NCBI GenBank assembly: GCA_021404905.1
Contig: QWHN01000003.1
Span: 23,080 to 87,079, forward strand
Length of the DNA stretch: 64,000 nt
Direction of reading: 5' to 3'
From: Candidatus Saccharibacteria bacterium CPR2
GTDB lineage: Bacteria; Patescibacteriota; Saccharimonadia; Saccharimonadales; QWHN01
In this document: positions 8,006 to 17,655 of the stretch, piece by piece
Numbering within the stretch: the stretch's first letter is position 1
Layout: every line of letters starts with the position of its first letter
Position numbers and translations under genes: made by a program
The notes under the pieces: model-generated
Told to the model about the DNA's origin: nothing
Seen by the model: the letters and a program-made list of their open reading frames with translations, nothing else
Databases searched by the model: none

Positions 8006-9210
8006 TCGATGTTGGTACCGAGTTTGTTAAAGCACTGATTGGGAGGGTTGACGGGGACGCAATAGAAATTATTGGCGTTGGCCGCAAACATCAGGAACTG
8101 GCGGATATGCACTCTGGGGCCATTGCGGACATCAGCGCGGTGGTTGCGAATTGCGAGAGCGCTTTGACGCAGGCCGAAAAACAAGCCGGGGTTAGTGCCA
8201 GGCAAACTGTTATCGGAGTAGCTGGTGAACTCGTAAAAGGAACAAATGGCACGATTCGTTATAAGCGCGCTAATCCTAAGCAGGAAATAACCATGGACGA
8301 AATGGAGTATATTGTAAAAAAAGTCCAGGAACGAGCTCAAAAACAGGCTAAGAAGCAATTAAATTGGGAACTCGGTATAAATGATGTTGACATTCGTATG
8401 GTCAACAGCGCGATTGTTTCAATACAGATTGACGGATATAAAGTCAGCAACCCCATTGGTTTTCAGGGTCGAGACGTAGCGATCCAGCTTTACACCGCTT
8501 TCGCGCCAATGATTCACATCGGAGCGCTTGAAAGAACCGCGACGGATCTCGACCTGGATTTAATAGCAATCGCAGCCGAACCGTTCGCGGTAGCACGCTC
8601 AGTTATCGGAGATGATGCCAGTAGCAATTTTAGCGCGGTTTTGATTGACGTAGGAGGCGGAACAACAGATATAGCCGTGGTTAATGACGGTGGTGTCGAA
8701 GGTACAAAGATGTTTGGAATCGGCGGCAGAAGCTTTACGAAAAATATCGCCAGTGAACTGAATCTAAGTTTTGGGGTGGCTGAAGAATTAAAGTTAAGGT
8801 TAAGTTCAGGAAAACTTGAAAAATCTCAGGAAGAAACAGCGCTTAAAGCCGTTCAAAAAACTCTTGCCGTTTGGCTGAGTGGAGTCGAGTTGGCGCTGAG
8901 TGAGTTTGAAAGCCTGGATCGTTTACCGACAAAAATTTTACTGTGCGGCGGCGGCGCTAGTCTAAAAGCCTTGGTTGATGCCCTAAAACAGAAACAGTGG
9001 CACATAAATCTGCCTTTTAGCAGGCAGCCCGACATACAGTATATCCAGCCGGAACAGGTAATTAAAATTACAGACACGACGGGTAAAGTCACGGATCATA
9101 GCTACATTACGCCAATGGGCTTGTTGAGAGTGGGCCATGATACAATACAAACCAGCAATGACACCAGTTCATCAATAACAGAGAAACTTAATCGAATGCT
9201 TAGAATATGA
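7936..9210 (+). CDS. ftsA: Actin-like cell-division protein FtsA
   Basis: SLDVGTEFVKALIG (phosphate-1), VLIDVGGGTTDIAV (phosphate-2), MFGIGGRSFTKNIA..AEELK, and a C-terminal amphipathic tail EKLNRMLRI. Confidence 0.75.
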   Translation: MIFDKIKTKVKSRQSENSRYIVSLDVGTEFVKALIGRVDGDAIEIIGVGRKHQELADMHSGAIADISAVVANCESALTQAEKQAGVSARQTVIGVAGELVKGTNGTIRYKRANPKQEITMDEMEYIVKKVQERAQKQAKKQLNWELGINDVDIRMVNSAIVSIQIDGYKVSNPIGFQGRDVAIQLYTAFAPMIHIGALERTATDLDLDLIAIAAEPFAVARSVIGDDASSNFSAVLIDVGGGTTDIAVVNDGGVEGTKMFGIGGRSFTKNIASELNLSFGVAEELKLRLSSGKLEKSQEETALKAVQKTLAVWLSGVELALSEFESLDRLPTKILLCGGGASLKALVDALKQKQWHINLPFSRQPDIQYIQPEQVIKITDTTGKVTDHSYITPMGLLRVGHDTIQTSNDTSSSITEKLNRMLRI

Positions 9211-9361
9211 GATCATTTACCAATTATCATTTAGCATTTAGCAATAATTTTGCATTATACAGCTGCCAATGGTCGCATCTTTTTAGAAAGAAAACTGAAA
9301 ATTGCCAATTTAATATTAACTGTAAACTGACAATTGTAAATTTGAGCGAGCAGGGAAAGCG

Positions 9362-10975
9362 ATGAAGAAGGATGTAATCTACATTGATGCTGATGATGAC
9401 ATTACGGCGATAATTGACAAAGTCAAGGGGTCTTCAGCTAAGATCATCGCGCTTGTTCCGCCAAAGCGCTCTACTGTCTTGCAAAGCTTGGTTAATATGA
9501 AGCTTTTAAAGCGCACCGCGGATGACGCTTCAAAAAGGATTGTATTAATTACCAACGAACAATCGCTTTTACCTTTAGCCGGCGGAATCGGGCTATACGT
9601 GGCGCGAAATTTACAATCCAAGCCATACATTCCTGAGGCAAAAGGATATGAACCTTCAGCGAAAGAGAACGTAATAGATGAAAGCGGAGAATTGGATGAG
9701 AGTCATAAGGTCCTGTCCCATAAACCATCCCAGACACAAGCTGTGCCTCCAAAGGCTCCAACAAGCTTCAGCAAAGACAAACCAGCTTCACCAAAGAAAA
9801 AAAGAATTCCAAGTTTTGAGAAGTTCCGCACTAAGTTATTTCTGATAATTGGGGGAGTGCTATTACTTGCCATTTTATGGTTCGTCGCATTTTGGGTAAT
9901 GCCTAAAGCCAATATTGTAATAAAGGCGCAAACGTCCAGAATTGAGATTAACGAATCATTTAATGTTGGTAAGAATTTGGAAACAAATAACGAGAAGAAC
10001 ACGTTCAAAGCCGAGGAACAAACGTTATCTAAAACAGTTACGGAAAAGTTTAAGGCTACTGGGGAAAAGAATATTGGCAACAAGGCGTCTGGAACTATTA
10101 CGGTTCAAAACTGCGATTCCTCAAGCTCAATAGAAGTTCCAGCAGGCACGACTTTTACTTCTTCGGGCGGTTTAAGTTTTGTCAGTTCTCAAGCGGCTAC
10201 GGTTTCGGGCGGTTCATTCTCCGGCGGTTCTTGTAGCGCTCCTGGAGAAAATAATGTCACTGTAACTGCCGATAAGCCCGGCGGAGAATATAATCTGGCT
10301 AGTGGCACGTCATACACATTGTCGGGTCAAAGCGGGTTTGTAACAGGCTATGGCGGGCAAATGAGTGGCGGCACGACTCAAATGGCCAAGGTCATTACCC
10401 AAGCTGATGTGGATGAGGCTAAAAACAAGCTTAGCCAGCAAAATAACGAAGAAGCAAAACAAGAACTATCCGCCAAATTTAATAAGGATTCCACTTATAT
10501 TCTAGGGGCTACCTTTACGGTTACCAGTTCACAGCCCACGGTTAGTCCAGCAGTTGACACACAAGCGGATGAGGGCACCGCGACTATGCAAATAACTTAT
10601 ACTATGCTTGCGCTTAGCAAAGACGAGTTTAACTCTTATCTTGATTTTAAAATTGAAGGCAAGATTGATAAAAACAAACAAGAAATATACGAAAATGGCA
10701 TTGAAAACATCAAACTATCACTAACCAGCCAAGACGGTTCAAAAACTTTTCTGTTTTCCGCTAAAGCAAATGCTTATGTCGGGCCAAAGTACGATAAAGA
10801 CGAGATTGCCAAAGAAATCAGCGGCAAACGATTCAGCGAGGTGATTAAAATACTGGAGAGCAGGCCAGGTGTTAATTCCGCGGATGTAAAATTCTCTCCT
10901 TTCTGGGTAAGTAAAGCCCCGCGGCCAAGCAGGATAAATATTGAGTTTGAAGTTTCCGAACACAACTTGCAGTAA
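9362..10975 (+). CDS. Hypothetical single-pass membrane protein with a large Ser/Thr/Gly-rich extracytoplasmic region
   Basis: Soluble N-domain, one TM helix (LFLIIGGVLLLAILWFVAFWVMP), then beta-rich sequence (ASGTITVQN...VPAGTTFTSSGGLSF). Sits directly after ftsA. Confidence 0.6.
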   Translation: MKKDVIYIDADDDITAIIDKVKGSSAKIIALVPPKRSTVLQSLVNMKLLKRTADDASKRIVLITNEQSLLPLAGGIGLYVARNLQSKPYIPEAKGYEPSAKENVIDESGELDESHKVLSHKPSQTQAVPPKAPTSFSKDKPASPKKKRIPSFEKFRTKLFLIIGGVLLLAILWFVAFWVMPKANIVIKAQTSRIEINESFNVGKNLETNNEKNTFKAEEQTLSKTVTEKFKATGEKNIGNKASGTITVQNCDSSSSIEVPAGTTFTSSGGLSFVSSQAATVSGGSFSGGSCSAPGENNVTVTADKPGGEYNLASGTSYTLSGQSGFVTGYGGQMSGGTTQMAKVITQADVDEAKNKLSQQNNEEAKQELSAKFNKDSTYILGATFTVTSSQPTVSPAVDTQADEGTATMQITYTMLALSKDEFNSYLDFKIEGKIDKNKQEIYENGIENIKLSLTSQDGSKTFLFSAKANAYVGPKYDKDEIAKEISGKRFSEVIKILESRPGVNSADVKFSPFWVSKAPRPSRINIEFEVSEHNLQ

Positions 10976-11021
10976 TAGTTATGCCTGCTGAATTAATTTG
11001 AGAATATAGAGATTTTGATCA

Positions 11022-11432
11022 ATGCAATTTAATAACGCTATAGCACTGGATGTGGGAGACAAGAGAATCGGCATCGCCAGGGTCAATAAAATTGCCCAGA
11101 TTGTCCGTCCGCTAGCAACAATAATTCGCGAGGGGGATGAATTTAAGCAATTAAAGGACATTATTTCTCGAGAGAGCATTGATTTAATTGTAATAGGCCG
11201 GCCTCGCAACATGAAGGGCGAAGAGACTTTGCAAACCGCGAGAATCGAAGAATTTGTTAGATTATTACCAGAAAATGGGATAAATATAAAAATTGTTTTT
11301 CAGGACGAATCTCTAACGTCTGTCCAAGCTGAAAATTTGCTAAAACAAGAGAAAAGAGATTATAACAAAAGTGATATAGATATGAGGGCAGCGTGCATCA
11401 TTCTGCAGGATTTCCTGGAAAGTAACATTTAA
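11022..11432 (+). CDS. ruvX: Putative pre-16S rRNA nuclease / Holliday-junction resolvase-like YqgF
   Basis: N-terminal IALDVGDKRIGIA motif and a ~135 aa size typical of YqgF/RuvX. Confidence 0.8.
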   Translation: MQFNNAIALDVGDKRIGIARVNKIAQIVRPLATIIREGDEFKQLKDIISRESIDLIVIGRPRNMKGEETLQTARIEEFVRLLPENGINIKIVFQDESLTSVQAENLLKQEKRDYNKSDIDMRAACIILQDFLESNI

Positions 11433-11437
11433 AAATT

Positions 11438-12466
11438 ATGGTAAGTTTTTTTAAATCCAAGGTTTTTATTATCGTGCTAGTCACCCTAACTATTTTAGGC
11501 ATCGGTGCAATAGGCGCATGGTATGGTGTAAACAGCTGGTACAAAAATTCTCTTGAGCCGAGAGATAAAATGGGCAGAGATGTTGTGGTAACAATAGAAA
11601 GTGGCCAAGGAGTGAGCGACATTGGGGACCTTCTTGAAAATAAGGCGGTTATTATAAGTTCAAAAGCATTTGGATGGTATGTATCACGCCAAAACGTTAA
11701 AGATCAACTTCAAGCAGGCACATACCGTTTAAGTCCGGCTTATTCAGTCCCCGAAATCGTCGAAATACTGGCAAATGGACGCGTGGATGTTAAATCAGTA
11801 ACTTTTACGCCCGGAATGCGCCTTGATCAAATAGAAGCCGTGCTAAAGGAGGAATTTGAAATATCTAAAGTAAGAGAAGCGCTAAATAAAAGATATGACC
11901 ACCCTGTGTTTAGTTTTATACCTGAAGGTTCGACCCTTGAGGGCTACATTTATCCGGACACTTATCAGATAAATAGCGAATCAAAACCAGAGGATGTTGT
12001 TAAGATGGCCTTAGATGAATTTGCTGCGAATCTGGAAGAGCCAATTAAACAAGGCATAGAAAAACAGGGTTTGAATATTCATCAGGCTGTTATTATCGCT
12101 TCGATCGTTCAGCAGGAAGTTCCGGATTATAAAACTCAGATTACGGTCGCGCAGGTTTTCTTAAAGCGATTTAGAGACCGAATGCCTTTGGGGGCCGACC
12201 CTACATTTAAGTATGCGGCTGCGATAACTGGAGCGGAATCAAGCCCTGATCTTGATTCGCCCTATAACACGAGAAAAAATACCGGCTTGCCACCCGGGCC
12301 TATTGGTAATTTTTTGATCGATGCGCTGCGAGCAGTATCCAGCCCAGACAACACCGATTATCTTTATTTTGTATCTGGCGATGATGGAATTACCAGATTT
12401 TCCAAAACGGAAGAAGAACATAACGTACTGGTGGAACAGTATTGCAAAGAGCTCTGTTCGCAGTAG
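11438..12466 (+). CDS. mltG: Endolytic murein transglycosylase MltG (YceG-like)
   Basis: N-terminal TM, AGTYRLSP, YNTRKNTGLPPGPIGNF and YLYFVSGDDG motifs. Confidence 0.85.
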   Translation: MVSFFKSKVFIIVLVTLTILGIGAIGAWYGVNSWYKNSLEPRDKMGRDVVVTIESGQGVSDIGDLLENKAVIISSKAFGWYVSRQNVKDQLQAGTYRLSPAYSVPEIVEILANGRVDVKSVTFTPGMRLDQIEAVLKEEFEISKVREALNKRYDHPVFSFIPEGSTLEGYIYPDTYQINSESKPEDVVKMALDEFAANLEEPIKQGIEKQGLNIHQAVIIASIVQQEVPDYKTQITVAQVFLKRFRDRMPLGADPTFKYAAAITGAESSPDLDSPYNTRKNTGLPPGPIGNFLIDALRAVSSPDNTDYLYFVSGDDGITRFSKTEEEHNVLVEQYCKELCSQ

Positions 12467-12499
12467 GATTGACATAAGAATTTTAATATTTTAGTAGAT

Positions 12500-12761
12500 A
12501 TGTTCTAACGGGGGTAGGACAGTGTGGAAAAACAATTGACTCCAGTCTCCGGCTTTGTTAAAATCACAAGCGTCTATCGGGTACTTTGGCAGTGGGAGCT
12601 TACCTTTGTTGCAGAATCAGAGCTGGTGGCACCAATGTCATCTGATAGCCTTCCGAGAAAGGTCGACACGAGAATAGATATGCGAGGTCGGCATTTCTCT
12701 GTCCCGATAACATCGGGAGCAAGACCAAGTATCGGAAGCGGTTCCAGCGGTAACGCGGAAC
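12500..12761 (+). promoter_or_regulatory. Structured, GC-enriched 5' leader of the LysM-CHAP hydrolase gene; possible ydaO-type (c-di-AMP) riboswitch
   Basis: About 260 nt are noncoding, with 32/60 G+C at 12661-12720, and four overlapping artefactual ORFs on both strands. AATCAGAGCTGGTGGCACCAAT resembles the ydaO core AUCAGAGCGGGGGACCCAAU. The hairpin GTTCCAGCG-GTAA-CGCGGAAC abuts the ATG at 12762. Confidence 0.4.
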
Positions 12762-13970
12762 ATGGAGAAGACAATTATTAGTACGAATATAAAGGCGAAA
12801 TCCGCTGTGGTTGGTCGCATACAAAAAAGTACTAAGAAAATAAACCGCTCTGCATTGAGCGTTGAAAAAACTTCTCGAATAATCAAGAATACTGTAACTA
12901 AAGACAAGCTCAGCATTGTTGCCAAATTTACCAAAAACCATTTGCTTGCGATTGGGCAAATAGCTCTCTTTGTATTTGTTGTAGTTTTAGTTACTGTCGG
13001 TTCTCAATCTAAAGAAAGCGGTGGCGCAGTAAAATCCGCTGACCCGACCATTGTTGGAGGTTACGGCGGCGTCAGGACGGTCGATGAAGTAGCTGCTGCC
13101 AGTATTGCGGCGGACATCGCCCAATCCGCGGAATTGATAGTCGCTGATAACGTTTCAAATCTGGCGGATTCAAGAAGCGCGCAAGTTGAGTTCTCTACGT
13201 CGCAAGGCAACTATTTATCTAAACCCCATCTTGTGCCAACTACAGGCGCCATTGGCAACAGCGTAACAACTTATGTGGCTGTTGAAGGTGACACTATTGA
13301 CTCAATAGCACAGAAGTTTAATATAACCAGTGACACAATCCGTTGGGCTAATGATATTGTGGGCAATAATGTTAGCCCCGGCAGAAGTCTAAAAATTCTT
13401 CCTGTCAGCGGTGTGTTGCATACTGTTACTGAAGGTGAAACTGCTGAAGCTATCGCTGAAAAATACAGGGCTAATTCAAAAGAAATAATTTCCTTTAATG
13501 ATGCTGAAATTGCCGGACTGAGAACCGGGCAACAGATTGTTGTACCAAACGGCTTACAACCAGCTCCTGCTCGACCAGCTTACTTTAGTAATGCTTCGAG
13601 CTATGTTGCGGGATTTGGCTTTGGTTCAGAACCTCTTTATGGGGGAAATGGTTATAGCTACGGATATTGTACTTGGCATGCTGCTAATCGTCGTGCCGAA
13701 ATTGGCCGTCCTGTCCCGAGGAATCTAGGCAACGCTATTACCTGGGCATCTCTATCGAGGTTGGCTGGTTTCGAAGTAGGATCGACTCCAAAAGAAGGAG
13801 CGGTTCTTTGGCATAGAAACATTGGGGGGCTGGGCCATGTTGGGTTTGTAGAAAGCATAAATCCTGATGGATCGTTGCGTGTTTCAGACATGAATTATCC
13901 TATTTGGGGAACTGTCACCTATCGAACCGTAAATGCAGACGAATTCGGAAATTACCTGTTTATCTATTAA
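12762..13970 (+). CDS. Secreted peptidoglycan hydrolase: two LysM domains plus C-terminal CHAP domain
   Basis: LysM repeats YVAVEGDTIDSIAQKFNITSDTIRWAN and HTVTEGETAEAIAEKYRANSKEIISFND. CHAP motifs YGYCTWHAANRR and GHVGFVESINPDGSLRVSDMNY. Confidence 0.85.
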   Translation: MEKTIISTNIKAKSAVVGRIQKSTKKINRSALSVEKTSRIIKNTVTKDKLSIVAKFTKNHLLAIGQIALFVFVVVLVTVGSQSKESGGAVKSADPTIVGGYGGVRTVDEVAAASIAADIAQSAELIVADNVSNLADSRSAQVEFSTSQGNYLSKPHLVPTTGAIGNSVTTYVAVEGDTIDSIAQKFNITSDTIRWANDIVGNNVSPGRSLKILPVSGVLHTVTEGETAEAIAEKYRANSKEIISFNDAEIAGLRTGQQIVVPNGLQPAPARPAYFSNASSYVAGFGFGSEPLYGGNGYSYGYCTWHAANRRAEIGRPVPRNLGNAITWASLSRLAGFEVGSTPKEGAVLWHRNIGGLGHVGFVESINPDGSLRVSDMNYPIWGTVTYRTVNADEFGNYLFIY

Positions 13971-14080
13971 TTAATTTTGTAAAACAAAAACGCTGATAAT
14001 GAGGAAGCGACTTTATGGAGACGAAGTCGCTTCTTTTCTTTATAGCTTTAAACTTTACACTTTCAACTTTATACTGATGA

Positions 14081-15370
<1,290 letters not shown>

Positions 15371-15373
15371 ATT

Positions 15374-16810
15374 ATGAGTTTTTACTTTTATGATCTGGAA
15401 ACATCTGGCAGAGACCCGCGCAGTCAGCGGATTATGCAATTTGCCGGCCAGCGCACCAATGACGATTTCGAGCCAGTAGGAGAACCGCTAGTAGAATATA
15501 TTGCTCTTAGCGACGAGGTTTTACCAGATCCGGAAGCAGTTCTTATTACAGGAATTACACCGCAAAAAACTCAGGAGCTAGGGTACTCTGAAGCGGAATT
15601 TTTGAAACTGTTTTATAAACACGCCGCCAAACCCAACACGATTTTTCTTGGATATAACACCATCAGATTTGATGATGAATTTATGCGTTTTGCTCTGTAT
15701 AGAAATTTTTATGACCCCTATGAATGGCAGTGGAAAGATGGGTGCTCTAAGTGGGACATTCTTGATGTAGTGCGTATGGCAAGGGCTCTGCGGCCCGAGG
15801 GGATTAAGTGGCCGGTTACAGACGAAGGCAAGCCAAGCAATAAGCTGGAAGCTATTACGGATGCTAATTCAATCACGCACAAGGCAAAACATGATGCCCA
15901 TAGCGATGTGCTTGGAACAATCGCGGTCGCAAGAATGCTAAAAGAAAAACAACCCAAATTATTTAATTTTCTCTTAGAGCATCGGCAAAAAGATAAAATC
16001 AGCAAAGTCGTCTCCTTAAGCGATCCAAAACCATTTGTTCATACCTCTGGTAAACTTTCTGGTGAATTTTTGAGTACGTCAATTTTTGTGCCAATCGCGG
16101 CTCACCCGACAAATTCCAGTGCTATTTTGGTTTACGATTTAAGATATGACCCGACACCATTCAAAAATTTATCATCAGAAGAACTTGCGGATCGGATTTT
16201 TCTCTCAAGGGAGGAACTGGATAAAAGCGACATCGAACGTTTACCTGTAAAATCCATTCATGTTAATAGGGCGCCAGCAGTAGCTCCTTTGGGCGTGCTT
16301 GATCAAAATGCCCAGCAGAGAATTCAGCTGACAATAGAGGACGCAGCCAAGAACTTAAAAAAACTTGCTCAAATAAAGAATTTCGCTGCGCTAATTCATG
16401 GCGCCTTTTCTATAGAAAGAGAATATGAAGAATCTGATGATGTTGACACAATGCTCTATCAAGGTTTTTTTGACGATCACGATAAAAAATTAATAACAAA
16501 AGTTCGGGGGCTAGATGCAAATAGCTTAGCTGATTACAATCCAGAGTTTCACGATGGTCGCTTGGACAGCTTATTGTTGCGTTATAAGGCTCGTAATTAC
16601 CCAAATTCTCTGTCTGAATCTGAACGATCTTTATGGGAAGTTTATAAGCAAAAGCGCTTAATTGAGGGAGCACTTGGCGCATTGAGCCTGGAATCGTTTC
16701 TAGGAAAGCTCAACGAATTGTCGGTAACTGTTTCGGGAGATACGGATAAAGAGTTTTTACTGGAAGAACTTGCGCTTTATGCCCAATCCATTGCACCAAC
16801 GGATGGGTAG
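15374..16810 (+). CDS. sbcB: Exodeoxyribonuclease I
   Basis: FYDLETSG (ExoI motif), IRFDDEF, HDAHSD. The 478 aa length matches SbcB. Confidence 0.85.
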   Translation: MSFYFYDLETSGRDPRSQRIMQFAGQRTNDDFEPVGEPLVEYIALSDEVLPDPEAVLITGITPQKTQELGYSEAEFLKLFYKHAAKPNTIFLGYNTIRFDDEFMRFALYRNFYDPYEWQWKDGCSKWDILDVVRMARALRPEGIKWPVTDEGKPSNKLEAITDANSITHKAKHDAHSDVLGTIAVARMLKEKQPKLFNFLLEHRQKDKISKVVSLSDPKPFVHTSGKLSGEFLSTSIFVPIAAHPTNSSAILVYDLRYDPTPFKNLSSEELADRIFLSREELDKSDIERLPVKSIHVNRAPAVAPLGVLDQNAQQRIQLTIEDAAKNLKKLAQIKNFAALIHGAFSIEREYEESDDVDTMLYQGFFDDHDKKLITKVRGLDANSLADYNPEFHDGRLDSLLLRYKARNYPNSLSESERSLWEVYKQKRLIEGALGALSLESFLGKLNELSVTVSGDTDKEFLLEELALYAQSIAPTDG

Positions 16811-16933
16811 TATGGAGTATAGAGTATAGATGTTAGGAAACAGCAATTGGGAAATAGAAAATAGTATATTTTTAAAAACTAATTCCTAGTTTCTAATTCC
16901 CAGTTCCTATTTTCTAGTTTCTATGTTTCTAAA
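16811..16933. repeat. TAGGAA/TAGAAA-word palindromic intergenic repeat (family A), well-conserved copy
   Basis: AGGAAACAGCAATTGGGAAATAGAAAATAGTATATTTTTAAAAACTAATTCCTAG... Its reverse complement aligns over ~100 nt with 41365-41525 and 47638-47733. It fills the gap between convergent genes. Confidence 0.85.
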
Positions 16934-17287
16934 CTATGTGCTGGCGATCTTCAACTCTTCAATTTCAACTTCCGGAGTATGTTTTTGATCTTGTTCTAGA
17001 GTTTTTGCGGTCATTTTAGCCTTAACTGCTTCTTTTCGCGTAGACTCGAGTTTAAAAGCAATTAACTGTTCATTAACCTTTTTTGCCCACCGCCAAATGT
17101 AAACCAAACAGATTAACCCGAGTATTGCTACCATGTAAAGATTAAGTGAAAAGTTGGTTCCAGGAATAATACCCAGCACGAAGAAGTCTAGAATAACTTC
17201 GTCCATGTTTAACAACCCCAGTATTTTGTACGCAATAAATACTAGAGCTACCAAAACCAGGTATTTTTTTACCGCTCTCCAGTTCAT
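16934..17287 (-). CDS. Hypothetical membrane protein
   Basis: Three hydrophobic helices followed by a charged C-terminal tail. No motif recognised. Confidence 0.5.
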   Translation of the reverse strand: MNWRAVKKYLVLVALVFIAYKILGLLNMDEVILDFFVLGIIPGTNFSLNLYMVAILGLICLVYIWRWAKKVNEQLIAFKLESTRKEAVKAKMTAKTLEQDQKHTPEVEIEELKIAST

Positions 17288-17321
17288 AATGACGATATTA
17301 TAACACGTAGATCAACAAAGT

Positions 17322-17576
17322 TCAATGCTTACGTTTAGATTCTTCCCCTGAATGTTTAATAAGCTTTGCTTTTGCTTTTTCGTAATATTTTTTTGCTGTT
17401 TCAAGAGGTTTTTTTGCCCAAGGATAATTTCTGGCAAGCAGACCAAGCCCAAGAAGTATCACCAATAAGCCAGGCCCAGGCAAACCGGGTAGCGACAAAA
17501 TCAATCCAATAACTAACAGCGTGAATCCTACTAAATCATTGGCGACTCTTTTGGTGCTGTTTTTTAAATAATCCAT
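17322..17576 (-). CDS. Small PGPGW-motif transmembrane protein
   Basis: LPGLPGPGLLVILLGLGLLARNYPW matches the PGPGW family signature. Confidence 0.6.
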   Translation of the reverse strand: MDYLKNSTKRVANDLVGFTLLVIGLILSLPGLPGPGLLVILLGLGLLARNYPWAKKPLETAKKYYEKAKAKLIKHSGEESKRKH

Positions 17577-17655
17577 TCTCTGATAATATCACGACGCCAA
17601 CTTCACCTATAGACAATTGCCACAGATAGGCATTCTTCTCTATAATAGATAGGTT

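Noticed and set aside
9379-10133. Several 60-126-aa ORFs antisense or out of frame within the 9362-10975 gene
   Set aside because: They are all nested in a longer ORF with coherent membrane-protein features, and none has a motif or a plausible start context.
12524-12959. Four overlapping ORFs on both strands (12524-12781 +, 12574-12774 -, 12600-12959 -, 12638-12934 -)
   Set aside because: They are mutually overlapping and non-protein-like, and they lie in a GC-enriched hairpin-rich leader. I interpret them as artefacts of a structured noncoding region.
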